This document shows, one piece after another, positions 12,368 to 21,318 of a stretch of 64,000 nt of DNA; the first letter of the stretch is position 1, and each line of letters opens with the position of its first letter. Source of the DNA: Rhizobium sp. Q54 (GTDB taxonomy: Bacteria > Pseudomonadota > Gammaproteobacteria > Burkholderiales > Burkholderiaceae_C); NCBI GenBank assembly GCA_943371225.1, contig CALRUD020000002.1, positions 142,832 to 206,831 of the forward strand, written 5' to 3'. The position numbers were made by a program, and so were the translations under genes. The notes below the pieces were generated by a model that was not told the origin of the DNA, did not search any database, and saw only the letters and a program-made list of their open reading frames with translations.

Positions 12368-12808
12368 TCACCCACTGCGTCTGACCCTCTGCAACATTCG
12401 GCTGGCGGCCAGCAGCCCTGCTGGCAAGGCCACAAAATGCGGCCAGATGAAATACGCCGGGTCGTAAAACACCCAGCTGAACGCGTCCTCGCCCAAGGCC
12501 ACTGACTCCATCGTTCCGGTGACCACCACATACAGCCACCAGGGTGCCGCCGCCGCGAGCACTGCGGTTACAGATGTCGTTCTGACGACACGGAAGATCA
12601 CCTGACCGGCCGCAATGGCCAGCAGGAAGATCGGCAGGTGGCGAATGGCCACCAGTGCAAAAGCGGCGCGGGCGGGCTCTTCGTCCTGCATCTGAACCGT
12701 CCAGCGGACCAGTGCCGGGTCATTCAGCAGTGGCCCCAGGGTGGAAGTCAGCAGTGCCAGCAAGCTGCCCCCGGCAATGGCCATCAGGAGCGGGTAACGG
12801 TCGGTCAT
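12368..12808 (-). CDS. Hypothetical membrane protein (about 4 TM)
   Basis: 146-aa hydrophobic ORF that fills the gap between DUF1178 and gdh. No family recognised. Confidence 0.6.
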   Translation of the reverse strand: MTDRYPLLMAIAGGSLLALLTSTLGPLLNDPALVRWTVQMQDEEPARAAFALVAIRHLPIFLLAIAAGQVIFRVVRTTSVTAVLAAAAPWWLYVVVTGTMESVALGEDAFSWVFYDPAYFIWPHFVALPAGLLAASRMLQRVRRSG

Positions 12809-12868
12809 GCAGCACTGTAACCGTGTCGATCAACGGGCGGACCAGCATGCCGGCACGCCCTTCGCAGA

Positions 12869-14188
<1,320 letters not shown>

Positions 14189-14269
14189 GAATTGGACTCC
14201 TTGTGGGATAAAACTCGGTGCGTGGAGCTTACGAGTCGGCGCCCAAATAGTCCAAGGCATTTGAACCGC

Positions 14270-14298
14270 TATAACTATGCATTAAATGCATAGTTATA
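14270..14298. promoter_or_regulatory. Perfect 14-bp-arm palindrome upstream of gdh, probable transcription-factor operator
   Basis: TATAACTATGCATT-A-AATGCATAGTTATA. AT-rich, about 80 bp upstream of the gdh start. Confidence 0.6.
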
Positions 14299-14330
14299 CA
14301 AAAGCGGTATGGGTAAGCGGTATGAAATCC

Positions 14331-16115
14331 TCAGGTCGTAAACTGCAGCGCTGCCAGGCGCGCATACACGCCGCCCCGGCTCACCAGCTCGGCGTGCGTG
14401 CCTTGCTCCACCAGCTGGCCATGGTCCAGCACCACAATGCGGTCGGCTTTTTGCACCGTGGCCAGGCGATGGGCAATGACCAGCGTGGTGCGGTCTTTCA
14501 TCGCGTATTCCAGTGCGGCTTGCACCATGCGTTCGCTTTCGGCGTCGAGTGCGCTGGTGGCTTCATCCAGCAGCAGCAGTGGCGCATTTTTCAGCATGGC
14601 ACGGGCAATGGCGATGCGCTGGCGCTGGCCACCGGAGAGGCGCACACCGCGTTCTCCCAGAAAGGTGGCATAGCCCTCCGGCAGGGCCGTGATGAAGTCG
14701 TGCGCAAACGCAGACCGTGCCGCTGCGTGTACCGCGTCGTCGGTCGCCGCGGGGTTACCGTAGCGGATGTTCTCCAGCGCACTGGTCGAAAAAATCACCG
14801 CGTCCTGCGGCACGATGCCGATGCGCTGGCGCAGGTCAGTCAGCGCCATGTCTCGGGTGGCCACGCCGTCGAGCTCCATGCTGCCACTGCTGGGGTCATA
14901 AAAGCGCATCAGCAACTGAAACACCGTGCTCTTGCCGGCGCCGCTAGGGCCCACAATCGCCACGGTTTCGCCCGGCGCGACATGCAGGTTGAAGTCGGTC
15001 AGCGCCGCCTGCGTGGGGCGCGACGGGTAGCGGAAGGTGACGTTTTTGAACTGCACCGCGCTGCCCGCGCTGGTGACGCGCGCCGGCACCGGGTGCGCAG
15101 GGGACGTGACAGGCGAGCGCGAGGCCAGCAGCTCCATCAGCCGCTCGGTGGCGCCAGCGGCGCGCAGCAGGTCGCCATATACCTCGCTCAGCACGGCCGC
15201 AGCGCTGGCGAGGATGATCACGTACACCACGGTCTGACCCAAGTGGCCCGCAGTGATGTCGCCGCGCGTCACCGCCTGCGTGCCCTGGTACAGCCCCCAC
15301 AGCAGCCCTGCAGAGGTCGCAATGATGATGAAGGCCACCAGCACGGTGCGTGCCCGCGTCCGCCTGATGGCGGTGTGAAAGGCGTTGGTGGTGGACTGGT
15401 TGAAGCGCTCGGCCTCGCGCCCTTCGGCGGTGTAGCTCTGAACCACCGGAATCGCATTCAGCACTTCGGCCGCAATCGCGCTGGAGTCGGCCACGCGGTC
15501 CTGGCTGGCGCGCGACAGCTTGCGCACCCGCCGCCCAAACCACACCGAAGGCGCAACGATCAGCACCAGACCACCCAGCACCTGCACCATGAGGTAGGGG
15601 TTGGTCACCACCAGCATGGTCAGTGCGCCTGCGCCCATCACTGCATTGCGCAGCCCCATGCTGAGCGATGACCCCACCACGGTTTGCACCAGCGTGGTGT
15701 CGCCCGTCAGGCGCGACAGCACTTCACCGGTCTGCGTGGTTTCAAAAAACTCCGGGCTTTGCCGCACGACATGGGAGTACACCGCATTGCGCAAGTCGGC
15801 GGTGACCCGCTCACCCAGCCAGCTCACGGTGTAGAAGCGGCCGGCAGAAAAAAGGCCTAGCGCGGCAGCCACCGCAAACAGCTCGAAGAAGTGTCGGCGC
15901 AGCACCATCATCTGCTCGCCTTTGTCACTCACGCTCAGGCCACCATCGATTAGGCTGCGCAGCGCCAGCGGGAACACCAGCGTCGCCACCGCAGCCATCA
16001 CCAGAAACAACACCGCCAGCAGGATATGCCCACGGTAGGGCTTGAGAAATGGAACCAGTCCGGAGAGGGAGCGCGGAGCGCCTTTGGGTGCGTCAGAGCG
16101 CGGAGATTGAGCCAT
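14331..16115 (-). CDS. ABC exporter, fused permease and ATPase (MsbA-like fold)
   Basis: Six TM segments, Walker A GPSGAGKST, signature LSGGQRQR and Walker B LLLLDEATS. Confidence 0.92.
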   Translation of the reverse strand: MAQSPRSDAPKGAPRSLSGLVPFLKPYRGHILLAVLFLVMAAVATLVFPLALRSLIDGGLSVSDKGEQMMVLRRHFFELFAVAAALGLFSAGRFYTVSWLGERVTADLRNAVYSHVVRQSPEFFETTQTGEVLSRLTGDTTLVQTVVGSSLSMGLRNAVMGAGALTMLVVTNPYLMVQVLGGLVLIVAPSVWFGRRVRKLSRASQDRVADSSAIAAEVLNAIPVVQSYTAEGREAERFNQSTTNAFHTAIRRTRARTVLVAFIIIATSAGLLWGLYQGTQAVTRGDITAGHLGQTVVYVIILASAAAVLSEVYGDLLRAAGATERLMELLASRSPVTSPAHPVPARVTSAGSAVQFKNVTFRYPSRPTQAALTDFNLHVAPGETVAIVGPSGAGKSTVFQLLMRFYDPSSGSMELDGVATRDMALTDLRQRIGIVPQDAVIFSTSALENIRYGNPAATDDAVHAAARSAFAHDFITALPEGYATFLGERGVRLSGGQRQRIAIARAMLKNAPLLLLDEATSALDAESERMVQAALEYAMKDRTTLVIAHRLATVQKADRIVVLDHGQLVEQGTHAELVSRGGVYARLAALQFTT

Positions 16116-16188
16116 CCGGTGAGTTTAGGGCTTGTGAGTGCTTGGGAGGCTGGCCTGAACATCGAAGGCGTCGCCAGACCCATGGGCA

Positions 16189-16563
16189 CTACTTGCTTAT
16201 AGCGAACGCGCTGCCTGCAACCACTTTTCACCCAGCAGAAGTTCGTTGCCAAACGCGAAGATACCGAAAGTGCCCTTCAAATGCATGACCCTTGAACACA
16301 CCAGAGACGAAGGCCAGGACGGTGACGGAGGCGACTGCTTCCCCAGCGCTGATCTGCCGATCCTGAAACTCCAGTGCCAGGATTCGTTGTTCACCTGACC
16401 TGTACAGGCTGAGATCACTGTCCTTTGAAAGAACGCTTCCGTCCGGACCGGTAAAGAGGAGAGAGTCGTCAATCAATGCGTCGAGCGTCGTGACGTCGCC
16501 TGCAAGCATTGCAGCTCGAAGTCCGTCCTCTGCGGCTTCGATCTCGGAAGTTCGGTTGTTCAT
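16189..16563 (-). pseudogene. NTF2-like/DUF4440 family gene with probable premature stop (second cassette gene)
   Basis: The 111-aa ORF ends at TGA 16228-16230. The frame continues KVVAGSAFAISK to TAG at 16189-16191, so reading TGA as Trp restores the typical final strand RVW...G-W-KVVAG. Confidence 0.6.
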
Positions 16564-16617
16564 CTAGTGTCGAACTCGTGATAGATGCAGATGAAGTTCA
16601 GGAACGTTGGTTACGAC

Positions 16618-16669
16618 GCTCAACGCCCAGGTTCAGGCGAGGACGTCGCATTGGAACCTGTTGTTAGGC
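16618..16669 (-). mobile_element. Integron attC site (compact, 52 bp)
   Basis: Minus strand reads GCCTAAC (R'', RYYYAAC), AACAG, GTT[C]CAAT (L''), inner stem GCGA/TCGC, CCTGAAC (L'), CTGGGC, GTTGAGC (R', GTTRRRY). It has 5/6-nt spacers and an extrahelical C at L'' position 4, and begins 15 nt after the TIR gene stop. Confidence 0.8.
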
Positions 16670-17463
16670 CAGCACACCCTCGATCTACTCTTTTGCTGTC
16701 ATCAAGCGAACCATTTCTTCGCGGCCTTTGGCCTCGACCCACATGAACTCCATTGTCCCTGAGCTGTTGACGTACTTTGCTTTGATAGCGAGATCGCGGG
16801 CGTAGTCGAATAGGAGCTTAGATGCGCCCATCGCCTGCCGCACTCTTTCGGTTTTAATTGCACCGCTCTCGAAGCTGCCTTCGTACACTTTCGATAGCGC
16901 AATCATGAATTGCGTCACCGGACTCGCCTGGGTTGGAGTGGGTGTCGAATGAGGAAGAAGCGTGGGAGTGTTCCCTATTGGCGGCTTCACAAAGAGCGGT
17001 GCGCCGAGGAGCTCGCGTAGCAACTGATCGAATCCGGTCTCGAAGTAGTCCTGCTTGGAGAGATCGATGTAGAGCTTGGAGCCGAGGAACGTTGGAAGCG
17101 CGCCCATTTGCCGTAGAACTGGGATCACTTTTGCAGAATCTATTCGCTTCATTAGTTCTGCGGTGACGATCATCTTTTCGTATCCGACGCCGCCCATCCC
17201 AGCATTCGCCTTCTCCACGTACCTGTTGGTGCAGATCATCAGAATTCGAACGGACTCCGAGATTCCCCTCTCCATAAAGTGGGGTAGATCGCCGCCTGGT
17301 CCGATGTCCCATTGGTCTAGGATCACGTCGATCCCAGAAGTCCTCAGCCGTGTTGCCAACTCCAACACCCACAGCTTGTGCTCTGGCGAATCATGGGAGT
17401 AGGAGATGAATACTTTCGGGGCTGACATTTTTGTGTTGACCTCACAGAGTCCTCGGGGCCTAA
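16624..17463 (-). mobile_element. Integron-type gene cassette (840 bp) carrying a TIR/SEFIR gene
   Basis: Begins at G^TTAGGC (17464-17458). The R'' of its downstream attC (GCCTAAC) is the exact reverse complement of that core site. Contains a single ORF with almost no spare DNA and has lower GC than its flanks. Confidence 0.78.
16685..17428 (-). CDS. TIR/SEFIR-domain protein with a C-terminal possible winged-helix domain
   Basis: Motifs KVFISYSHDS..H..WV..LA..LR..GIDV.LDQWD, ICT..Y..KA..G.GGVGYE (E84) and LPTFLGSKLYIDLS. GAGGT RBS before MSAPK. 247 aa. Confidence 0.88.
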   Translation of the reverse strand: MSAPKVFISYSHDSPEHKLWVLELATRLRTSGIDVILDQWDIGPGGDLPHFMERGISESVRILMICTNRYVEKANAGMGGVGYEKMIVTAELMKRIDSAKVIPVLRQMGALPTFLGSKLYIDLSKQDYFETGFDQLLRELLGAPLFVKPPIGNTPTLLPHSTPTPTQASPVTQFMIALSKVYEGSFESGAIKTERVRQAMGASKLLFDYARDLAIKAKYVNSSGTMEFMWVEAKGREEMVRLMTAKE

Positions 17464-17464
17464 C
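17458..17464 (-). other. GTTRRRY core recombination site (attI-like or secondary-site junction) at the cassette 5' boundary
   Basis: GTTAGGC on the minus strand, 30 nt upstream of the TIR start. No RYYYAAC partner was seen upstream, so it is not the R' of another intact attC. Confidence 0.65.
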
Positions 17465-17688
17465 GTAATGTATGGAGCAACACCTGCTGGATAAACTGGC
17501 CAGTGCTCGATATCCTGGACATGAAATCACCTTGAAAGTGGCTTGCAACCTTGATTCTGGCGCTTGTCCTTGCCAGTTTATACGGGCATAGAAATTCCGA
17601 CGAAGCCCGCAGCGAAAATTGTGGTGCTGCCTCATGACGCAGGTAATTCAAGGAAGTCATCGGTCTTTTGATAACTTCTGCTGCAAAT

Positions 17689-17736
17689 CCGTTCGGGCTG
17701 AGGTATCGAAGCCCTTCGATACCTCAGGGCGAACGG
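17689..17736. repeat. REP-like palindromic element
   Basis: CCGTTCG-GG-CTGAGGTATCGAAG-CC-CTTCGATACCTCAG-GG-CGAACGG. 27 bp (17711-17737) recur identically at 53320-53346. Confidence 0.75.
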
Positions 17737-17767
17737 TCATGGTTGCCGCCGCGACCTGCCCACCAAT

Positions 17768-18868
17768 CTACATCCGCAACGGCTGCGCATACCCCGTCAT
17801 CTCCAGATACCCACGCGCCACCTTCTTGCCATTGCTGTCGTACATATCGCTCAGCCCTTCCCAGTAAATCGCACCGGTGGAGCTGCGGCTGTCCATTTCC
17901 TGGTTGTCGATCACGGCCTTGACGGTGTAGAAATCGGCCGGGGTGCGCACGATCCATTCCACCGGGTAAGTGGCCTGCGAGAGCGGGCTTTTCCAGCTGC
18001 GTTGCGGTCTGAATTCGTTCTCGCCGCGGCTGGCGGTGTAGAGCTGGCCGTTGCCAGTGCGGAAGGAGCCGCCGTCCCACAGGGTGCTGCCGTCCTTGCG
18101 CCGCAGGCGAAAGGCGGTGAGGGCGCTGCCGTCGTAGTAGTTCATGCCGATCCAGTCCCAGCCGGTGGCTTCGGGGTGCAGCAGCTCCTCGCTCCATTCG
18201 TGGTCCAGCCAGGCCACGCCCTTGACGGCCAACTTCTGGTTGCCAACGGTCAGCGTTCCGCTGGTGGCCAGTTGCGGCTGGCTGTAGTAATAGCTCGCCT
18301 GCTTTTCCTCTGGCCCCTTGCGCGACAGGCCTTGCCGGCCTTGCAGCAGCACCGCCTGGGTTTCGTCGAACTGCAGCGACAGGCCAAAGTCGGTGGCTGG
18401 CAGCTCGGCGGTGTAGCGTTTGCCGTCTGCCTTCAGCGACCAGTCGCGCAGCCGGATGGCCATGTCCTGCTGGCCCGTGCTGGCGATATCAAAACCCTCG
18501 CGGGCAATGCGCTGGTCGTGCCAGAGTTTTTTGCCCTGCACATCGGTGATGGCGGCATGCGCGAACACCAGTTGCTTCGCGGCAAAGGCCGAGCCCATGC
18601 CCTGCGTGGCATCGACCCGTGAACGGAAAAACGTGAGCTGAAAGCCAAAGCGGCGCGGCACGGCCTCGGTGGTGAAGGCTTCGCCGGTGATGTACCACCA
18701 CTCGGTGCGAAAGTCCGGGTGGGAGCCGCGGTCGCGCGGGAATACCAGGGCCTTCGCGGGCAGTGCGTTAGCAGCGTCGTGCGGCAGCGCGGCGGCGCCT
18801 GCGGCCATGCCCATCCACTGCAGGGCCTGCCGGCGCCGGATCGGGCTCATGTTGATGTTCAAGCTCAT
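17768..18868 (-). CDS. Lipocalin-like / carotenoid 1,2-hydratase-like (AttH, Rv0988-type) periplasmic protein
   Basis: [36 protein letters not shown] and YWEG...GYLEMTGY motifs. Twin-Arg signal IRRRQALQW. Start at 18868 or 18850. Confidence 0.85.
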   Translation of the reverse strand: MSLNINMSPIRRRQALQWMGMAAGAAALPHDAANALPAKALVFPRDRGSHPDFRTEWWYITGEAFTTEAVPRRFGFQLTFFRSRVDATQGMGSAFAAKQLVFAHAAITDVQGKKLWHDQRIAREGFDIASTGQQDMAIRLRDWSLKADGKRYTAELPATDFGLSLQFDETQAVLLQGRQGLSRKGPEEKQASYYYSQPQLATSGTLTVGNQKLAVKGVAWLDHEWSEELLHPEATGWDWIGMNYYDGSALTAFRLRRKDGSTLWDGGSFRTGNGQLYTASRGENEFRPQRSWKSPLSQATYPVEWIVRTPADFYTVKAVIDNQEMDSRSSTGAIYWEGLSDMYDSNGKKVARGYLEMTGYAQPLRM

Positions 18869-19986
18869 GTGTCTGATGTGAGCTCGGGGCGCATCAGGCG
18901 GACTATGCCGTCGTGTGCGGTGCTGCAGTCGCCCAGCTTGTCGGCCACCCAGCCGTCGTCGTGGTAGGTGGGCAGATAGCGCTCGCCCGAGTCGCACAGC
19001 AGCGACAGGATGGAGCCCTGTTCGCCGCGGGCCAGCATCTCGTGGGCTAGCGTCAGCATGCCGATGAAGTTGGTGCCGGTGGAGGGGCCGACCTTGCGGC
19101 CCAGCAGGCGCGACAGCGCGCGCATGGCGGCCAGCGAATCGGCATCGGGCACCTCAATCATGCGGTCGATCACGCTGCGGATGAAGCTGGCCTCTACCTG
19201 CGGCCGGCCAATGCCTTCGATGCGCGAGCCGGGGCCTGTCAGGCTGGCGTCACCCGTGCGGTGATACGCCGCAAACACCGAGCCCACCGGGTCGGCCACA
19301 CACAGCTGGCTCGCGTGCTGCTGGTAGCGCACATAGCGGCCAATTGTGGCGCTAGTGCCACCGGTGCCGGCACCGACCACAATCCAGCGCGGCACGGGAA
19401 AGCGCTCGCGCGCCATCTGGTGGAACATGCTCTCGGCAATGTTGTTGTTGCCGCGCCAGTCGGTGGCGCGCTCGGCATAGGTGAACTGGTCCATGTAGTG
19501 GCCGCCCGACTCAGCTGCCAGCCGGCGCGCCTCGTCATACACCTCGCCGGCGCTGCCGACCCAGTGGCAGCGACCGCCGTAAAGTTCGATCTGCGCGATT
19601 TTTTCTGGTGAGGTGCTGCGCGGCATCACTGCGATGAAAGGCAGCCCGAGCAGGCGGGCGAAGTAGGCCTCGCTCACGGCGGTGGAGCCACTGGAGGCCT
19701 CGACGATGGTGGAGCCCTCGTGAATCAGGCCGTTGCACAGCGCGTACAGAAACAGCGAGCGCGCCAAGCGGTGCTTGAGGCTGCCCGTGGGGTGGGTGGA
19801 CTCGTCTTTCAGGTAGAGGTCAATCCCGCGCGCCGCGAAATCCGGCAGGGGCAGTGCGATGAGGTGGGTGTCAGCACTGCGCTGAAAGTCGGCCTCAATA
19901 CGCGCTATGGCCGCATGCAGCCAGGCATGACCTGTGGCCCCGGTGGTGTGGGGGCCGGGAAGTACAAGAGGGGGCGCAGACGTCAT
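18865..19986 (-). CDS. cds1: PLP-dependent cysteine synthase family, Cds1-type L-cysteine desulfhydrase
   Basis: [45 protein letters not shown] and [13 protein letters not shown] motifs. Confidence 0.8.
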   Translation of the reverse strand: MTSAPPLVLPGPHTTGATGHAWLHAAIARIEADFQRSADTHLIALPLPDFAARGIDLYLKDESTHPTGSLKHRLARSLFLYALCNGLIHEGSTIVEASSGSTAVSEAYFARLLGLPFIAVMPRSTSPEKIAQIELYGGRCHWVGSAGEVYDEARRLAAESGGHYMDQFTYAERATDWRGNNNIAESMFHQMARERFPVPRWIVVGAGTGGTSATIGRYVRYQQHASQLCVADPVGSVFAAYHRTGDASLTGPGSRIEGIGRPQVEASFIRSVIDRMIEVPDADSLAAMRALSRLLGRKVGPSTGTNFIGMLTLAHEMLARGEQGSILSLLCDSGERYLPTYHDDGWVADKLGDCSTAHDGIVRLMRPELTSDT

Positions 19987-20076
19987 GCCCCGGATTCTCG
20001 CAGCATGGCCGCCTGTTGTGAACGTGGCCCGCACTCTGGCTGGCGGCTGCGTGCGGCTAGAACGGATGAGAGCAGC

Positions 20077-20334
20077 TCAGAACGGGTCCTGCCGCCAGTC
20101 ACGGGCGGAGTCCATCACCGCCGGAATGTCGCTGCGGCCCAGCCCCAGGTCGCACAGCTCACGCTCGCTCATAGCCTGCAGCGCCTGAAGGTCACGCCTG
20201 TTGCGCATCGCGGTGGTCAGGCGTGTGTCAAGTGCCGCAAGCAGCCGCAGCACGGCAGCCAGCGGGTTGGGCCATTGCTCCCTTCGCAAGCCGCCGGGCG
20301 TGAAGGGGATGGGCTTCTTCATCGTCATCATCAT
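20077..20334 (-). CDS. DUF1127 small protein
   Basis: RRDLQALQAMSERELCDLGLGRSDI matches the DUF1127 core. AGGGAG RBS before ATG 20334. Confidence 0.8.
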   Translation of the reverse strand: MMMTMKKPIPFTPGGLRREQWPNPLAAVLRLLAALDTRLTTAMRNRRDLQALQAMSERELCDLGLGRSDIPAVMDSARDWRQDPF

Positions 20335-20399
20335 GGGCACTCCCTGGTGGTTGAGGCCCGATGGTGCTACGGTCTGAAGTATTGGGCAAGTTGAATATA

Positions 20400-20416
20400 C
20401 TGATAAAAACTATCAG
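20400..20416. promoter_or_regulatory. LysR-type operator (T-N11-A palindrome)
   Basis: CTGATA-AAAAC-TATCAG between the divergent DUF1127 and LysR genes. Confidence 0.65.
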
Positions 20417-20424
20417 GAAAACTG

Positions 20425-21318
20425 ATGCGTGAACTCAATCTGGACCAGCTGAGAACGCTGGTGGTCATCACCGATCTGGGTACTTTCTCGGCGGCGGCGA
20501 AGGCGCTGCATCTGGCGCAACCCACGGTGAGCCTGCACATCAGCGAGCTGGAAAACCGCCTCGGCACCGCGCTGGTGGTTCGGGGTGGCAAGCGGGTGGA
20601 GCCGACTGCGGCGGGTGCGTTGTTGATTGAGCGTGCGCGGCGGCTTTTGCGCGACACCGATGACACGATTGACGCCGTCAAGCGCCATGCAGAGGGCCGT
20701 GTTGGCCGGGTCAGGCTGGGCACCTCGACCGGCGTGTTGGTCTCTTTGTTGCCGCAGGTGCTCAAGGCCATGGAGCGCGCCCACCCGGGCATTGATGTGG
20801 AGGTGAGCATCATGGGCTCCAGCGAGGCTTTGCAGCGCCTGGGGGAGGGCACGCTCGATGTGGGGCTGGTCGCCACACCACAGCCTGCGCACAAGGGCGT
20901 GGTGATGACCCACTGGCGCAGCGATCCGATGATGGCCTTTGTACCCGAGGCATGGGCGGCCCCGCGGCGCGTCACCCCGCAATGGCTGGTGGGCCAGCCG
21001 CTGATCTTCAACGACGCCAGCGCGCACATGTACCGGATCTGCATGGAATGGTTTGCGGCTGCGGGTTTGACGCCACGAGCGCGTATTGAGCTCAATTTCA
21101 CCGAGGCGATGAAAAGCCTCGTCGCTGCAGGCTATGGCGCGGCGCTGCTTCCGCTCGAAAAAACCGATGAGCCGGCGGCCATCCCCAAGGGTGTGAAGGT
21201 GCTCCCACTGCGGCCAGCGCTGCTGCGCCACACGGCAGTGGCGCACCGGCCGCTGGCGTCGCTCGACGGCGCGGCGCGCAAATTGCTGCAGACGCTGATC
21301 CAGTTCCGTCAGGCCTGA
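20425..21318 (+). CDS. LysR family transcriptional regulator
   Basis: HTH GTFSAAAKALHLAQPTVSLHISELENRLG and RVEPTAAG. Confidence 0.93.
   Translation: MRELNLDQLRTLVVITDLGTFSAAAKALHLAQPTVSLHISELENRLGTALVVRGGKRVEPTAAGALLIERARRLLRDTDDTIDAVKRHAEGRVGRVRLGTSTGVLVSLLPQVLKAMERAHPGIDVEVSIMGSSEALQRLGEGTLDVGLVATPQPAHKGVVMTHWRSDPMMAFVPEAWAAPRRVTPQWLVGQPLIFNDASAHMYRICMEWFAAAGLTPRARIELNFTEAMKSLVAAGYGAALLPLEKTDEPAAIPKGVKVLPLRPALLRHTAVAHRPLASLDGAARKLLQTLIQFRQA

Noticed and set aside
16106-16112. GCTCAAT as the R'' box of the second cassette
   Set aside because: It is one mismatch from GCTCAAC, lies in codons 2-4 of the ABC exporter, and has no L boxes or R' after it.
16228-16230. Genetic-code reassignment (TGA=Trp) or selenocysteine
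   Set aside because: TGA is used as a normal stop throughout the window and no SECIS-like context is evident. A nonsense mutation is simpler.
17487-17503. LexA (SOS) box near the putative attI
   Set aside because: CTGG...CCAG spacing is one base too long for CTGT-N8-ACAG.
17429-17635. 69-aa N-terminal extension of the TIR ORF
   Set aside because: It crosses the cassette boundary. A GAGGT RBS precedes MSAPK at 17428.
17619-17922. Plus-strand ORFs divergent from the core site as an intI remnant
   Set aside because: No IntI-like sequence. They run through the REP hairpin and antisense to the AttH gene.
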